A stretch of 64,000 bases of DNA. Source: Aulosira sp. ZfuVER01 (GTDB lineage: Bacteria > Cyanobacteriota > Cyanobacteriia > Cyanobacteriales > Nostocaceae). A program made the position numbers and the translations under genes. The notes beneath the pieces were generated by a model. The model did no database searches. It had not been told where the DNA came from and saw only the letters and a program-made list of their open reading frames with translations. The DNA lies in contig JAVRCV020000008.1 in assembly GCA_034530615.2 (NCBI GenBank), forward strand, positions 1 through 64,000, in the 5' to 3' direction. Shown piece by piece: positions 39,539 through 49,701 of this stretch (position 1 is the stretch's first letter; each line of letters opens with the position of its first letter).

Positions 39539-40513
39539 ATGACGGTGGAGCTAAAGGTGACTAGTATTGATAATCACATCTTCTCTTTTTCAGGAGAAGT
39601 ATCGATTCCCCAAGCTCCTCCTGAATTTAAGTCGGGTTTCATCGGCATTATCGGTCGCCCTAATGTCGGTAAATCTACTTTGATGAATCAATTAGTAGGG
39701 CAAAAAGTTGCCATTACTTCTCCAGTAGCCCAAACTACACGTAATCGTTTAAGAGGTATTTTAACTACACCCGAAGCGCAGCTAATTTTTGTAGACACAC
39801 CAGGGATTCATAAGCCCCATCATCAATTGGGTGAGGTACTGGTGCAAAATGCCAAAATTGCTATTGAATCAGTGGATGTAGTGCTATTTGTAGTAGATGG
39901 GGCGGTAGCTTGTGGTGCAGGCGATCGCTTTATTGCTGAGTTGCTGAGTCGTAGTCAAACGCCGGTGATCTTGGGTGTGAATAAAATCGATCAACAACCC
40001 CCAGATTCCCAGGTGATAGATGATAGCTACACACAGTTAGCTAAATCTTACCAGTGGCAAACAGTGAAATTTTCCGCCAAGACTGGTGCAGGACTGCCAG
40101 AACTGCAAAACTTATTAATTGAAGATTTAGAGCACGGGCCGTTCTACTATCCTCCTGACTTGGTAACTGACCAACCAGAACGCTTTATTATGGGTGAATT
40201 GATTCGCGAACAGATTTTACTTCTAACACGCGAAGAAGTCCCACATTCAGTTGCGATCGCGATTGATCTGGTGGAGGAAACCCCAAGTATTACCCGCGTA
40301 CTAGCCACAATCAACGTTGAGCGAGATTCCCAAAAAGGAATTCTCATTGGCAAAGGCGGCTCGATGCTGAAGTCTATTGGTAGCGCAGCTCGCGAACAAA
40401 TTCAAAAGTTGATTTCAGGCAAAGTATACCTAGAATTATTCGTCAAAGTCCAGCCAAAATGGCGTCAGTCTCGCGTTAGTTTAGCAGAATTAGGATATCG
40501 CGTGGAAGAATAG
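39539..40513 (+). CDS. era: GTPase Era
   Basis: GRPNVGKS, QTTR, DTPG, NKID, KH domain SQKGILIGKGG. Confidence 0.97.
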   Translation: MTVELKVTSIDNHIFSFSGEVSIPQAPPEFKSGFIGIIGRPNVGKSTLMNQLVGQKVAITSPVAQTTRNRLRGILTTPEAQLIFVDTPGIHKPHHQLGEVLVQNAKIAIESVDVVLFVVDGAVACGAGDRFIAELLSRSQTPVILGVNKIDQQPPDSQVIDDSYTQLAKSYQWQTVKFSAKTGAGLPELQNLLIEDLEHGPFYYPPDLVTDQPERFIMGELIREQILLLTREEVPHSVAIAIDLVEETPSITRVLATINVERDSQKGILIGKGGSMLKSIGSAAREQIQKLISGKVYLELFVKVQPKWRQSRVSLAELGYRVEE

Positions 40514-40520
40514 AAAAGTT

Positions 40521-40602
40521 GGTCATTAGCCCTTGGTCATTAGTCATTTGTCATTAGTCAAAAAACAAAGGACAAAAGACAAAAAACAACTGACTAATGA
40601 CC
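40521..40602. repeat. inverted heptamer STRR cluster
   Basis: gtcatta/gtcattt runs, then caaagga/taatgac runs. Confidence 0.75.
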
Positions 40603-40638
40603 CCTAAGCGATAACAGATAACTACTAACCACTTGAGA

Positions 40639-41316
40639 ATGTCTTTAGATAATAGCTCCTTCTTAAATCTGCCAACAGATGCACCGCCGTTGCGGGTGTT
40701 AATTGTTGAAGACGATCCGATGATGCAACTGGGACTGGAACAATCATTAATGGTTCATCCCCAGTTGGAAATTGTTGGACAAGCAGAAGATGGCTATTTA
40801 GGCGTGCAAGCAGCACTCCAACTCAAACCTGACTTGGTAGTGATGGATATCGGGCTACCACGACTTGATGGAATTGCAGCAACACAGCAAATCAAAGCAG
40901 CATTGCCAGAAACTCATGTAGTGATGCTGACTTCCCACCAAACAGAGACAGAAATTATTGCGGCTTTGTCTAGCGGTGCAGATGCTTATTGTATCAAAGG
41001 TGCTAGTGTAGAGCGACTGTTAAGTGCGATCGCCGCCGCAGTTGATGGCGCAACTTATCTCGACCCCCAAATTGCGCGGCGAGTGATTGAAAATCTCCGC
41101 ACCCCAACACCCAAAGGAAACACCGCTAATCTGTCTCAACGTGAGTTAGAAGTATTGAAACTGATGGTAGACGGTTTGAGCAACCCAGAGATTGCCGAAA
41201 AACTCTATCTCAGTCCCAATACTGTGAAAACTCACGTCCGGGGGATTATGAATAAACTATCAGTAGACGATCGCGTACAAGCCGCAGTCGTCGCCCTCCG
41301 TTCGGGATTGGTTTAG
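40639..41316 (+). CDS. NarL/LuxR-family response regulator
   Basis: IVEDD, MDIGLP..DG, LSQRELEVL..G.SNPEIA..L.LS..TVKTH. Confidence 0.95.
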   Translation: MSLDNSSFLNLPTDAPPLRVLIVEDDPMMQLGLEQSLMVHPQLEIVGQAEDGYLGVQAALQLKPDLVVMDIGLPRLDGIAATQQIKAALPETHVVMLTSHQTETEIIAALSSGADAYCIKGASVERLLSAIAAAVDGATYLDPQIARRVIENLRTPTPKGNTANLSQRELEVLKLMVDGLSNPEIAEKLYLSPNTVKTHVRGIMNKLSVDDRVQAAVVALRSGLV

Positions 41317-41525
41317 AAGACATTGGGGCGTGAAAGATAATATTGATCTCGAATGCGCCGCAAATCTTCTTCTACTTGTAAAGCTGTTCGGAGTTTCGCC
41401 TGATTCTCTGATTCCAATTGGATTTGAGATTGTTTTTGGTTGAGTGCAACATCAGATTTTGTGTCAGATTTGGGCTGAATCGCGAACCAGGTTTTCAGGC
41501 GATCGTATAATTTTAAGGACAACAT
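41313..41525 (-). CDS. small hypothetical protein
   Basis: 70-aa ORF preceded by GGAG RBS; 4-nt convergent overlap. Confidence 0.55.
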   Translation of the reverse strand: MLSLKLYDRLKTWFAIQPKSDTKSDVALNQKQSQIQLESENQAKLRTALQVEEDLRRIRDQYYLSRPNVF

Positions 41526-41619
41526 ATAGTTATTCTCCCTGGAATTCAGCTGCTTTCCCAGGTTACAGGTAGCAGTAGGGAGTAGACTTCACCCAGGCGT
41601 CTCACCTAATTGGGTGAAC

Positions 41620-41800
41620 TAAGAGACTTTCAAATAAAAAAATATCCCATCGCTATGAATGCAGGGGAGCAGCGCCTCGGCTCCGCTCGGCAACCAGGAG
41701 CAGGGGAGAGGAACAGTCATATTGAATTAATGAAGTTCCAAGACTCGTCAACCATTAGCGAAAGTAACGCACTATCTTTATTGTTAATGGTGCGTTACTT
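41620..41800. repeat. MITE-end-like sequence, SDR and REP-like palindrome
   Basis: aagagactttcaaataaaaaaatatccc, gcaggggag duplicated around cctcggctccgctcggcaacc, gtaacgcac...gtgcgttac. Confidence 0.45.
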
Positions 41801-41812
41801 AATTACGAATTA

Positions 41813-42394
41813 TTAATGTTGATTAACTCGCTCAAGTAGCCACAGTGAAGAGACAGTACCGACAAAATGAGCTGCAATTCCATTGATATTTGCTACCGCC
41901 ACAAACACATCAAGCGCGCGAATAATTTTATAAGGGTCAGTGATTGCTACTCCTGGAGGTTGGGAGATAGATTTTGCTACTAATACTCCTACCGTTGAAC
42001 CAGCACCTAGGAGCGTTAAAAGTATACCTATCAAAGCTGCGATTATTCCTAGTCGAATTACCTTAACTGTATCTGCCTTACTAGGATGAAGCGCTGGATT
42101 TACATTTCTTAAGCGCTTACCTATGCGGGTATAACGAAAATCCCAATATATAGTAAATAATAAAACGAGAATTCCAAATGCAGCCCAAAACATCCCAACC
42201 CCAATACCTGCATTTGGTTGATCGGCAAAACCTCGACCACTAGCAGCAAACAACAAAGCCAAGCCAGAAACCACAGCCAATCCCAACTGTACCCAAAAGG
42301 TAATCCAGCCTGTGATGTAAATGGTATTAGCGATTCCTTGAATTTCTGGTGCGAGCGAACGCATTTCTGATTCAGTCTGCATATTACTTTCCAT
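41813..42394 (-). CDS. DUF3611 family membrane protein
   Basis: GWITFWVQL, IRALDVFV..AN...IAAHF.G..SLWL; GGAG RBS before 42394. Confidence 0.85.
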   Translation of the reverse strand: MESNMQTESEMRSLAPEIQGIANTIYITGWITFWVQLGLAVVSGLALLFAASGRGFADQPNAGIGVGMFWAAFGILVLLFTIYWDFRYTRIGKRLRNVNPALHPSKADTVKVIRLGIIAALIGILLTLLGAGSTVGVLVAKSISQPPGVAITDPYKIIRALDVFVAVANINGIAAHFVGTVSSLWLLERVNQH

Positions 42395-42643
42395 CTGATT
42401 AGCTCCCCCCCAATCGTCAAGAATATCTCTACAGCTTTCCCCATACCCCCATCCCCAGGCAGAATTACTACCACATCCTGGGAAATACAATCGCAACTAT
42501 ATAGTAGTGCTGGCGGAAATTCCTCCGGCTGATGACGAGTAATCAAACTCAAGGATGATGAGAGAACAGAGCTAAATTGCCAATATTAGACTTGAATGTG
42601 TGAAATTTTTATATTTGCTAGCGATCGCAAAGGATAAGGCGGC

Positions 42644-43117
42644 ATGATTAGATCTTGGATGGTAATTGGGGGTTTAGCTTTCGTAGTAGCCTTAGCGGCC
42701 AATTTTATTACACCAAGCGATCGCAAGTGGTTCGAGCGATTGCAACGCCCCAGATGGCTAACTTTTGAAGCAGCAATTCCCATCATCTGGACTGTAATTT
42801 TTATTTGCGGCGCTTGGTCAGCTTATATTGTTTGGGAAAGAAACCCAGGAACCAACGCCACTTGGTTACTGATGGGTTTGTATCTACTCCTAGAAATTGT
42901 GACTATTGCCTACACCCCTGTGATGTTTCGACTCCGTAGCCTGAAAGTCGGTACAATTCTAGGCGGCACAGGTTTTATTATTGGTTTATTATTGGCACTT
43001 GCAGTCTTAACTACTTCTGGTTGGGCAGCTCTATTACTAGTTCCTTACTTACTGTGGAGTCCCATCGGTACTTATACTACTTGGCAAATGCTTCACCTTA
43101 ATCCGCAAGCTGCCTGA
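42644..43117 (+). CDS. TspO/MBR family protein
   Basis: WF.RL.RP.W, IPIIW, LLVPYLLW. Confidence 0.9.
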   Translation: MIRSWMVIGGLAFVVALAANFITPSDRKWFERLQRPRWLTFEAAIPIIWTVIFICGAWSAYIVWERNPGTNATWLLMGLYLLLEIVTIAYTPVMFRLRSLKVGTILGGTGFIIGLLLALAVLTTSGWAALLLVPYLLWSPIGTYTTWQMLHLNPQAA

Positions 43118-43159
43118 TATCAATTTTGGATTTTGGATTAAACCAATCAGAATTTAGTA

Positions 43160-43264
43160 GTGGCGTGGCAAGCCTAAAATGTTGCAATAAAAAAGGTTCG
43201 TAGTTGCGCTTTAGCGCCCTATCAATTAGAAATTTAATGCACAACTTTAGCATTGCCAGGCCAG
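43160..43264. mobile_element. about 105-bp MITE with TA duplication, inserted in a GTAG REP
   Basis: GTGGCGTGGCAAGCCTAAA ... TTTAGCATTGCCAGGCCAG, TA on both sides. Confidence 0.7.
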
Positions 43265-43369
43265 TAGGGTGCGTTAGGACTGATGTCCATAACGCACCGA
43301 AAATTTTTGATAGTACCATTCCCACAGGAATAACACACTTACTGGCGAATAGTGTTCTACAAGTTGTAA

Positions 43370-44275
43370 TTATTCATTTTTATGGTTAATTTTAAAGAGA
43401 AACTGTCGCCTTTTTTCCTGCTGACGTACTCTTTTTTCTTCAGTAAGGCTATCAAAACAGTAGGGGCAAGCAATACCTTCCTCATACTGAGGTGAAGCCT
43501 TATCTGCCGCAGAAACTGGGCGACCACAACCTTGACACATATCATAGCTGCCTTCTTCCAAGCCGTGACGGACAGCAACTCGTTCATCAAAAACAAAACA
43601 TTCTCCTTCCCACAAGCTTTCTTGGGCAGGAACTTCTTCTAAATATTTGAGAATACCGCCCTTCAAGTGATAAACTTCCGCAAAGCCTTGCGACAGCATA
43701 AAGGATGAAGCTTTCTCACAACGAATACCGCCAGTACAAAACAGCGCTATCTTTTTGTGTTTATTGGGGTCAAGCTGCTGCTGGACATAATCGGGAAACT
43801 CTCGAAATGTATTAGTTTGAGGATTTTCTGCCCTTTTAAAAGTACCGATATTCACCTCGTAATCGTTGCGGGTGTCAATCACTGTCACCTCCGGATCAGA
43901 AATTAACTCATTCCATTCTTGAGGACTGACATAAGTACCAACCTGTTCATTCGGGTCAACTTCCGGTAATCCCAAAGTGACAATTTCTGACTTCAACCGC
44001 ACCTTCATGCGTTCAAATGGCGGGGTGTCAGTATAAGATTCCTTATGTTCTAAGTCTGCCAACCGAGGATCGGAACGCAGAAATTCCAGAACTGAGTCAA
44101 CAGCCTGACGAGAACCCGCAATTGTCCCATTAATACCTTCTTGTGCCAACAGGATTGTGCCCTTCATCCCTTGCTGTTGGCAGTAAGATAACAAAGAGTC
44201 TCGTTTCTCGGCAAAATCTGGCAAACTGACGAATTTATAAAGTGTTGCAACAACTAGGCTATTTTCTTGCTTCAT
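43370..44275 (-). CDS. trhO: tRNA U34 hydroxylase (rhodanese UPF0176)
   Basis: [46 protein letters not shown]. Confidence 0.92.
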   Translation of the reverse strand: MKQENSLVVATLYKFVSLPDFAEKRDSLLSYCQQQGMKGTILLAQEGINGTIAGSRQAVDSVLEFLRSDPRLADLEHKESYTDTPPFERMKVRLKSEIVTLGLPEVDPNEQVGTYVSPQEWNELISDPEVTVIDTRNDYEVNIGTFKRAENPQTNTFREFPDYVQQQLDPNKHKKIALFCTGGIRCEKASSFMLSQGFAEVYHLKGGILKYLEEVPAQESLWEGECFVFDERVAVRHGLEEGSYDMCQGCGRPVSAADKASPQYEEGIACPYCFDSLTEEKRVRQQEKRRQFLFKINHKNE

Positions 44276-44279
44276 TCCT

Positions 44280-44308
44280 TTGGCAACGGAACCATCTTAA
44301 GTTACAAT
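44280..44308 (+). promoter_or_regulatory. sigma70-type promoter for tRNA-Ala
   Basis: TTGGCA-17nt-TACAAT. Confidence 0.5.
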
Positions 44309-44346
44309 GACGAAAGTAGATTAATCACCTACTTCTTTAATTTTAT

Positions 44347-44419
44347 GGGGGTTTAGCTCAGTTGGTAGAGCGCCTGCTTTGCAAGCAGGATGTCAGCGGT
44401 TCGAGTCCGCTAACCTCCA
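44347..44419 (+). tRNA. tRNA-Ala (UGC)
   Basis: GGGGGTT/AACCTCC acceptor, TAGCTCAGTTGGTAGAGC D-arm, CCTGC-TTTGCAA-GCAGG anticodon arm, GGTTCGAGTCC T-arm; CCA not encoded. Confidence 0.97.
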
Positions 44420-44635
44420 TTAATTCACACAATGCAAACTTCAGATTAGAAGATTCTCTCATCAAAGAGAGTACAGCGACCGTGACCGCATAAACTATTT
44501 TGTCCGTATGCCCTATGGCTGCACATCCTTTAATAAAAATAGGGCATTTGGGTTTTTACAAGTTCTGATGTGAGAATGCTATAAAATAATTTTAAAATTC
44601 CAGCGGCTCACTCCAGTTTTGAGGTCAAACATTAT

Positions 44636-45331
44636 TTGCAAGCAAAAAATATTAAAAAACAATTAAAATTGCTGATCGAGGAAGCATCTGCAATAGATCC
44701 TAGTTTGGCGAAAAGGTTAAATGAGATTAATCGCTGGGTTAAAGATGTTAAGCCTGGTTCCTTAACTGCTAAAAAATTTGTACTCTTTTTTCTGCAACAA
44801 ATAATTAAAGATGCTCTAATTTGGCTGGATATTCAAGCCCTAGCCTCGGAAGAGGAGCAACAACAGTATTATGAGCGCATGACACCAACGGAATATTTTT
44901 GGTATAAATATTTATTTCCCAAATGGCTCAATCAACTAGATCCAAAGTTTTCTATATGGAAACAAAGATTAATGGCTGGGGATTTTACTCAAGCTGATAC
45001 TCATGTTCTGCAAATGGTTGCTAGTGATATCGTCCATCGTGAAGGTACTTTTTGGCAATGTTATATTGCAGACTTCTCAATGGCGACTGATATAATTGTC
45101 AGTAGTAGGCAAAACGATCCACTGTGCATACAGATCACTAGCCTCGCTGATGAATTTTGCCAAGAAAAGTCTGATAATTGGGAAAATACTTTACGACGCT
45201 GGGGGATAGATAGAGGTTTATTCTTAAGTTACAATCCCCACATTACGGATTTTGTCAATCAAGTAGTGAATATATCACTGTATAACAGCGATCATTTGAA
45301 AACGGGCGTTTATTTAAAATTTAGTTTATAG
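44636..45331 (+). CDS. hypothetical protein, possible PD-(D/E)xK-like fold
   Basis: 231-aa ORF with TTG start; ADFSMATDIIV...LCIQIT. Confidence 0.65.
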   Translation: MQAKNIKKQLKLLIEEASAIDPSLAKRLNEINRWVKDVKPGSLTAKKFVLFFLQQIIKDALIWLDIQALASEEEQQQYYERMTPTEYFWYKYLFPKWLNQLDPKFSIWKQRLMAGDFTQADTHVLQMVASDIVHREGTFWQCYIADFSMATDIIVSSRQNDPLCIQITSLADEFCQEKSDNWENTLRRWGIDRGLFLSYNPHITDFVNQVVNISLYNSDHLKTGVYLKFSL

Positions 45332-45375
45332 TTTTAGGTCATTTTCCTTCACTGTCTTAACCAAATTACATTATT

Positions 45376-45840
45376 ATGGGGAAACAAAGGCCAGTTGAAC
45401 CTCCAGAAAGATTGGAAAAATTTTTAGAACATTTAGAAGCAGCTAGAGAATTACAAAGAAATTGGATGACTTATGGACTTGACTGTGTAGACATCTATTT
45501 TGAGGATGTGGATGAAGACTGGTGGGAAAAGTGGGTAGAAGAAGACCACCAGAGTTTTGTAAATTCAGTAATAGAGTTCCTCAAAAGTGACGACTGGGTT
45601 GCGGTAAGAGTACGCAAGCAGCTAGCAAACAAACCCATCCTAGAAATTGCCGAAAAGCTAGAAAAATACCTGAGTTTCCCAGAAGCAGAGCGAATATTTG
45701 CTATAAAAAACTTTTTAGCAGGTAGGTTTACAGTTACAGAAAATAACCGCAATATCAGTAATGAAATTGATGAAATTGAAATTTGCGATTTAGTAGCAGA
45801 ACTTTTAGAGAAATTAGTAGAGATTCAAGACAGAACCTAA
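45376..45840 (+). CDS. acidic hypothetical protein
   Basis: 154-aa ORF, 44 nt after the previous gene. Confidence 0.65.
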   Translation: MGKQRPVEPPERLEKFLEHLEAARELQRNWMTYGLDCVDIYFEDVDEDWWEKWVEEDHQSFVNSVIEFLKSDDWVAVRVRKQLANKPILEIAEKLEKYLSFPEAERIFAIKNFLAGRFTVTENNRNISNEIDEIEICDLVAELLEKLVEIQDRT

Positions 45841-46416
45841 GAGAAATTTACTCGCATTTCTCACAAGCAGTAGGGGCGGGTTGACAGATTACGACCAATC
45901 ATTCGCGAATATCTCACTCAACCTGCCTTTAAGACCTCTAGGCAAACGAAAAGCTTCGGCTTGAGAATAGGAGTGAGAAATCCGGGTTTAAGTATTTTTA
46001 TTCAGTACCTTATTTTTTATTCCCGGCTGAAAAGCATGGGGGTCTTCAGCATGTCTTATATAAGACAAAAAATAGTAGGGCTAACGCATCTCAACTCTAG
46101 AGGTTGTATAAAATAAGGCTTTTAAAATTTCTAAGCAAAGATACTTAGAGCCTCAAATCCTTGATGGAAACAAGTTTTACAACTAAATTTGTTAGCCCCA
46201 CTGTAAACTGACGTACTCACTATAACTTTATGCCTTCTATTAACCCTGTTTTACTATGGGAAAAAATCATAAAAAATCAGGTATTTAGGCTAGCAGAGAA
46301 AATTTAGTTAAGTTGAGAAATTTTAATGTCCTCAGGAAAAGCCCAGATACTACCTTTTAATTCTTGAGCAAAATCTGCTGATGGTCGGGGTCAATTCAAA
46401 ATCTATTGGCTGTGAG

Positions 46417-47460
46417 TTACTCAAACTCAGTTTCACAAAAAGCTGTTAACAAATCTATACAGTTAGCGATCGCTCCTAAATGAGCAATTTCATAACCATG
46501 CGTGTTTTGTGTCGGAAACGCCAAACAAGCAGCACGACCCACATGACCAAATTTCATCGCAATCGAAGCATCGCTACCAAACTGACTCAAGATTGTTAGC
46601 TGCACTGGTATATCCCTTTGTTTAGCACAATGGCGCAGTTGCTCATTTAGCGTTTCATCATAAATACCATAAGCATCTTGAGAAAGGAGTGCAGGGCTTT
46701 TACCATCCTCAATGGGATATTCGCTAGATAGGGGACAAATTTCCAAAGCAATCAAAGCATCTAATACCTGATTTTGGGTGAAAAATAGTGCCCCAATTGC
46801 GCCAACTTCTTCTTTTGCTGACGCCACCAAATAAACATCGACTGCTGGCTGTTTCACTTGTTGAGCCAGAGCCAAGAGAATCGCTATAGAGGCTTTGTTA
46901 TCTAAAGTGTAACTGGCGATATGATCCTTTAACCTGACTGGGCGTTTGCGATGCTTGCCAATTACCATTCTCGTTCCAGGTCGAATACCAGCAGTTTCGA
47001 GTTCGTCCGCGGTCAGTTTTGTTTCAATCCAGGCATTTTCCCACTTCACAGCAGTATCTTCCTGTTGGACTTTTTGCGGTGATTCATGGGAGACGTGACG
47101 AGAACCAAAGCTGAGAATACCGCTAATAGTTTCGCGATCGCCCAATAAATCTACAACACCTTCACCGTAAACCCACGGGTAAGAACCACCTAGCTTACGG
47201 ACTTCAACACGACCGTTATCGCCAATAGTTTTGACAATTGCACCAATTTCGTCTTTATGAGCAGTAATCGCAATTGCTTTGCCAGGATTTTTACCAGGAA
47301 GTTTGGCAATTACATTATCCGCGTGATCGCACCACACTTCCAAGCCCAGATTGCTAAATTCCTGGAGCAAAAATTCGTTAATTTCAGTTTCTACACCACT
47401 AGGAGAATGGTGCATGACCAATTCTTCAATTATTTTAAATAACTGCTCGTAATCCCACAT
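46417..47460 (-). CDS. M42 family metallopeptidase
   Basis: SPSG.E, AHKDEIG, LDNKAS, EEVG, GSDA, NTHGYE. Confidence 0.92.
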   Translation of the reverse strand: MWDYEQLFKIIEELVMHHSPSGVETEINEFLLQEFSNLGLEVWCDHADNVIAKLPGKNPGKAIAITAHKDEIGAIVKTIGDNGRVEVRKLGGSYPWVYGEGVVDLLGDRETISGILSFGSRHVSHESPQKVQQEDTAVKWENAWIETKLTADELETAGIRPGTRMVIGKHRKRPVRLKDHIASYTLDNKASIAILLALAQQVKQPAVDVYLVASAKEEVGAIGALFFTQNQVLDALIALEICPLSSEYPIEDGKSPALLSQDAYGIYDETLNEQLRHCAKQRDIPVQLTILSQFGSDASIAMKFGHVGRAACLAFPTQNTHGYEIAHLGAIANCIDLLTAFCETEFE

Positions 47461-47529
47461 AGATATATGATTTTAAGTTAACAATTAAGTATCAAGATTT
47501 TTACTGAAAATCCCATATTCAGGGGTAAT

Positions 47530-48306
47530 ATGCAAGCTATATCCACAGCCAAGCCAAACTTTTTTCAGCAACCCACCTTTGCTTCGTTGAAAGAAGAACG
47601 CCTGCACCGCAAGCAACGCCTAGCAGCAGCATTTCGTCTATTCGCGCGATTTGGATTTGATGAAGGTATTGCAGGTCATATTACTGTACGTGACCCAGAA
47701 CACCCTGAACAGTTTTGGGTAAACCCCTTAGGAAAACACTTCGGTTTAATTCGAGTCAGTGACCTGATTTTAGTAAATCAGAAAGGAGAGGTAATCGCAG
47801 GCGATCGCCCAGTAAATACAGCAGCCTTTGCCATTCATTCCCAAATTCATGCAGCACGTCCCGATGTCGTAGCAGCAGCTCATGCTCATTCTATCTACGG
47901 CAAAAGCTGGTCTAGCCTCGGTCGCCTCCTCGACCCCCTGACTCAAGATGCTTGTGCTTTCTATCAAGACCATAGCCTCTTTGATGACTATACAGGCGTG
48001 GTTTTAGAACTAGCAGAAGGTAAGCGCATTGCTCAAACATTAGCCAATAATAAAGCCATCATTCTCAAGAATCATGGCTTGCTCACCGTCGGTCATTCAG
48101 TTGATGAAGCTGCTTGGTGGTTTATTACTATGGAGCGTTCTTGTCAAGCCCAATTACTTGCTGAGGCCGCAGGTAAACCTAGCTTAATTAAACCAGAATC
48201 TGCTAGTGTGGCACATCAGCAAGTAGGAGGACATGATTTAGGTTGGTTTAGCTTTCAACCTTTGTACGAGTTGATTGTCCAGCAGGAACCTGATTTGCTG
48301 TCGTAA
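47530..48306 (+). CDS. class II aldolase/adducin family protein
   Basis: AGHITVRDP, IHSQIH..RPD, AHAHS, NHGLLTVG. Confidence 0.92.
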   Translation: MQAISTAKPNFFQQPTFASLKEERLHRKQRLAAAFRLFARFGFDEGIAGHITVRDPEHPEQFWVNPLGKHFGLIRVSDLILVNQKGEVIAGDRPVNTAAFAIHSQIHAARPDVVAAAHAHSIYGKSWSSLGRLLDPLTQDACAFYQDHSLFDDYTGVVLELAEGKRIAQTLANNKAIILKNHGLLTVGHSVDEAAWWFITMERSCQAQLLAEAAGKPSLIKPESASVAHQQVGGHDLGWFSFQPLYELIVQQEPDLLS

Positions 48307-49312
48307 CCAGTAACTTTTTGCGTTTACGCTTTAGTACTGCTGCTGCACCCCAAGCGCCAATTGCCAACGTCCCCAATGCTGTTGAAGGTTCGGGGACTGA
48401 CTTCGCCTCTATCGCTGCCAGTGCTCTGTCTGCTATCAGCTTTTGCGCAGCGGTCGTGGGATGGACTTCATCCCAAAACAAATACTGGTTTGGATTAGAA
48501 CAGAATTCGTAAGTTGTTTGACTCGTTTGTACTCGGCAAGAGTTAGCGACATTTGTAAAACCGAAGGTGCCAGGAGATTTACTCACCTGATCAAATAGAG
48601 AATAAGTATCAACAGAAATGATGTTGAGATTCGGGTTGTTACTCAAACCATCCAAGGTTTGCTTTAAGGTAGTGTTATATTGATCAACCGCATCGTGTAC
48701 AGATTGCGGTGCAGTTCCCTGAAATAAAGGTACTTTACTCAAATCTGGCAAATTAAAGACGAGAATATTTTTTGCGCCAACTGCTACAAGAGTATTCAAA
48801 GCCTGCGATATTCTATCGGCTGGGGGTGTAGAGTCATTCGGATTCGGAGGAAAAATAAAATCGTTCGCACCTCCCCACACAGTATAAAGTGCATTGGGAT
48901 CAGCCTTCGGATTGTTTGCTGCGAAACCCTGGACTTGTTCCAGCACTCCTGGTAAATGTTGGCCTGGTGGATCTGGCACGACAGCATTACCAAAACCAGC
49001 ACGAGCACCACCAAAGGCGAAGTTAACGCCTCCGTTAGGAAATTTAGGATCGGTCACTAATGTTGGCTGGGTAATCTTTAGCTGATCTGCGAGATAATCT
49101 ACCCAGATCTGACCATTAGAAAAACGCCCCGGAAAAACCGACGAATAAAGTGAGCTTTGAGGGTATGCCCCTCCCGTAGCATTAAATATGTTACCTGTAT
49201 CGGAAAGACTATCGCCAAATACATACATTGCACCAAATTGTGCAGCATTTGCCTTCAGTGGCAACATGAAAGAGAAGAGAACAAATCCTGCCGCTACGAA
49301 TTGTTTTTTCAT
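48248..49312 (-). CDS. SGNH/GDSL hydrolase with PEP-CTERM anchor
   Basis: signal peptide, FGDSLSD, GRFSNG, GANDF, FWDEVHPT, VPEP-TM-KRKRKK. Confidence 0.93.
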   Translation of the reverse strand: MKKQFVAAGFVLFSFMLPLKANAAQFGAMYVFGDSLSDTGNIFNATGGAYPQSSLYSSVFPGRFSNGQIWVDYLADQLKITQPTLVTDPKFPNGGVNFAFGGARAGFGNAVVPDPPGQHLPGVLEQVQGFAANNPKADPNALYTVWGGANDFIFPPNPNDSTPPADRISQALNTLVAVGAKNILVFNLPDLSKVPLFQGTAPQSVHDAVDQYNTTLKQTLDGLSNNPNLNIISVDTYSLFDQVSKSPGTFGFTNVANSCRVQTSQTTYEFCSNPNQYLFWDEVHPTTAAQKLIADRALAAIEAKSVPEPSTALGTLAIGAWGAAAVLKRKRKKLLVTTANQVPAGQSTRTKVES

Positions 49313-49701
49313 GATTATTTTACCTGGTATTACTTGGTGCTTATTAACCTAAAAAGCTGTAAGTGAATAAATAAACTTACTGATTTTCTTTTTGGCTGCT
49401 GCAAAAAACATATTTTTTTAATTATCAAAATTATTTGCGTGTTTCTAACGAGGTAACAGCAAAATATTCATCAATAAAATATTAAGCTTAAATGATGGTT
49501 TATGCCTAAATTTACTGAATTTTTATATATAAGCTACAGTTTTTTTACAAAGAAATTACAGAGGTTAACTCTCAAAAATTAGTAAGTTGAAATACTTACC
49601 TACTTGTAACTATAGATCAATACGGTTGAGATAGCTGCATCCTACAAGCGATCGCTACCTTTAACTAAAATGTAGTGAAATATGGGCTAACCACCCCATA
49701 A

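Noticed and set aside
41610..41816. 68-aa + strand ORF
   Set aside because: Spans MITE, SDR and REP-like repeats, with a TTG start and no RBS
44420..46400. Integrative element at tRNA-Ala
   Set aside because: No integrase and no duplicated tRNA 3' end seen
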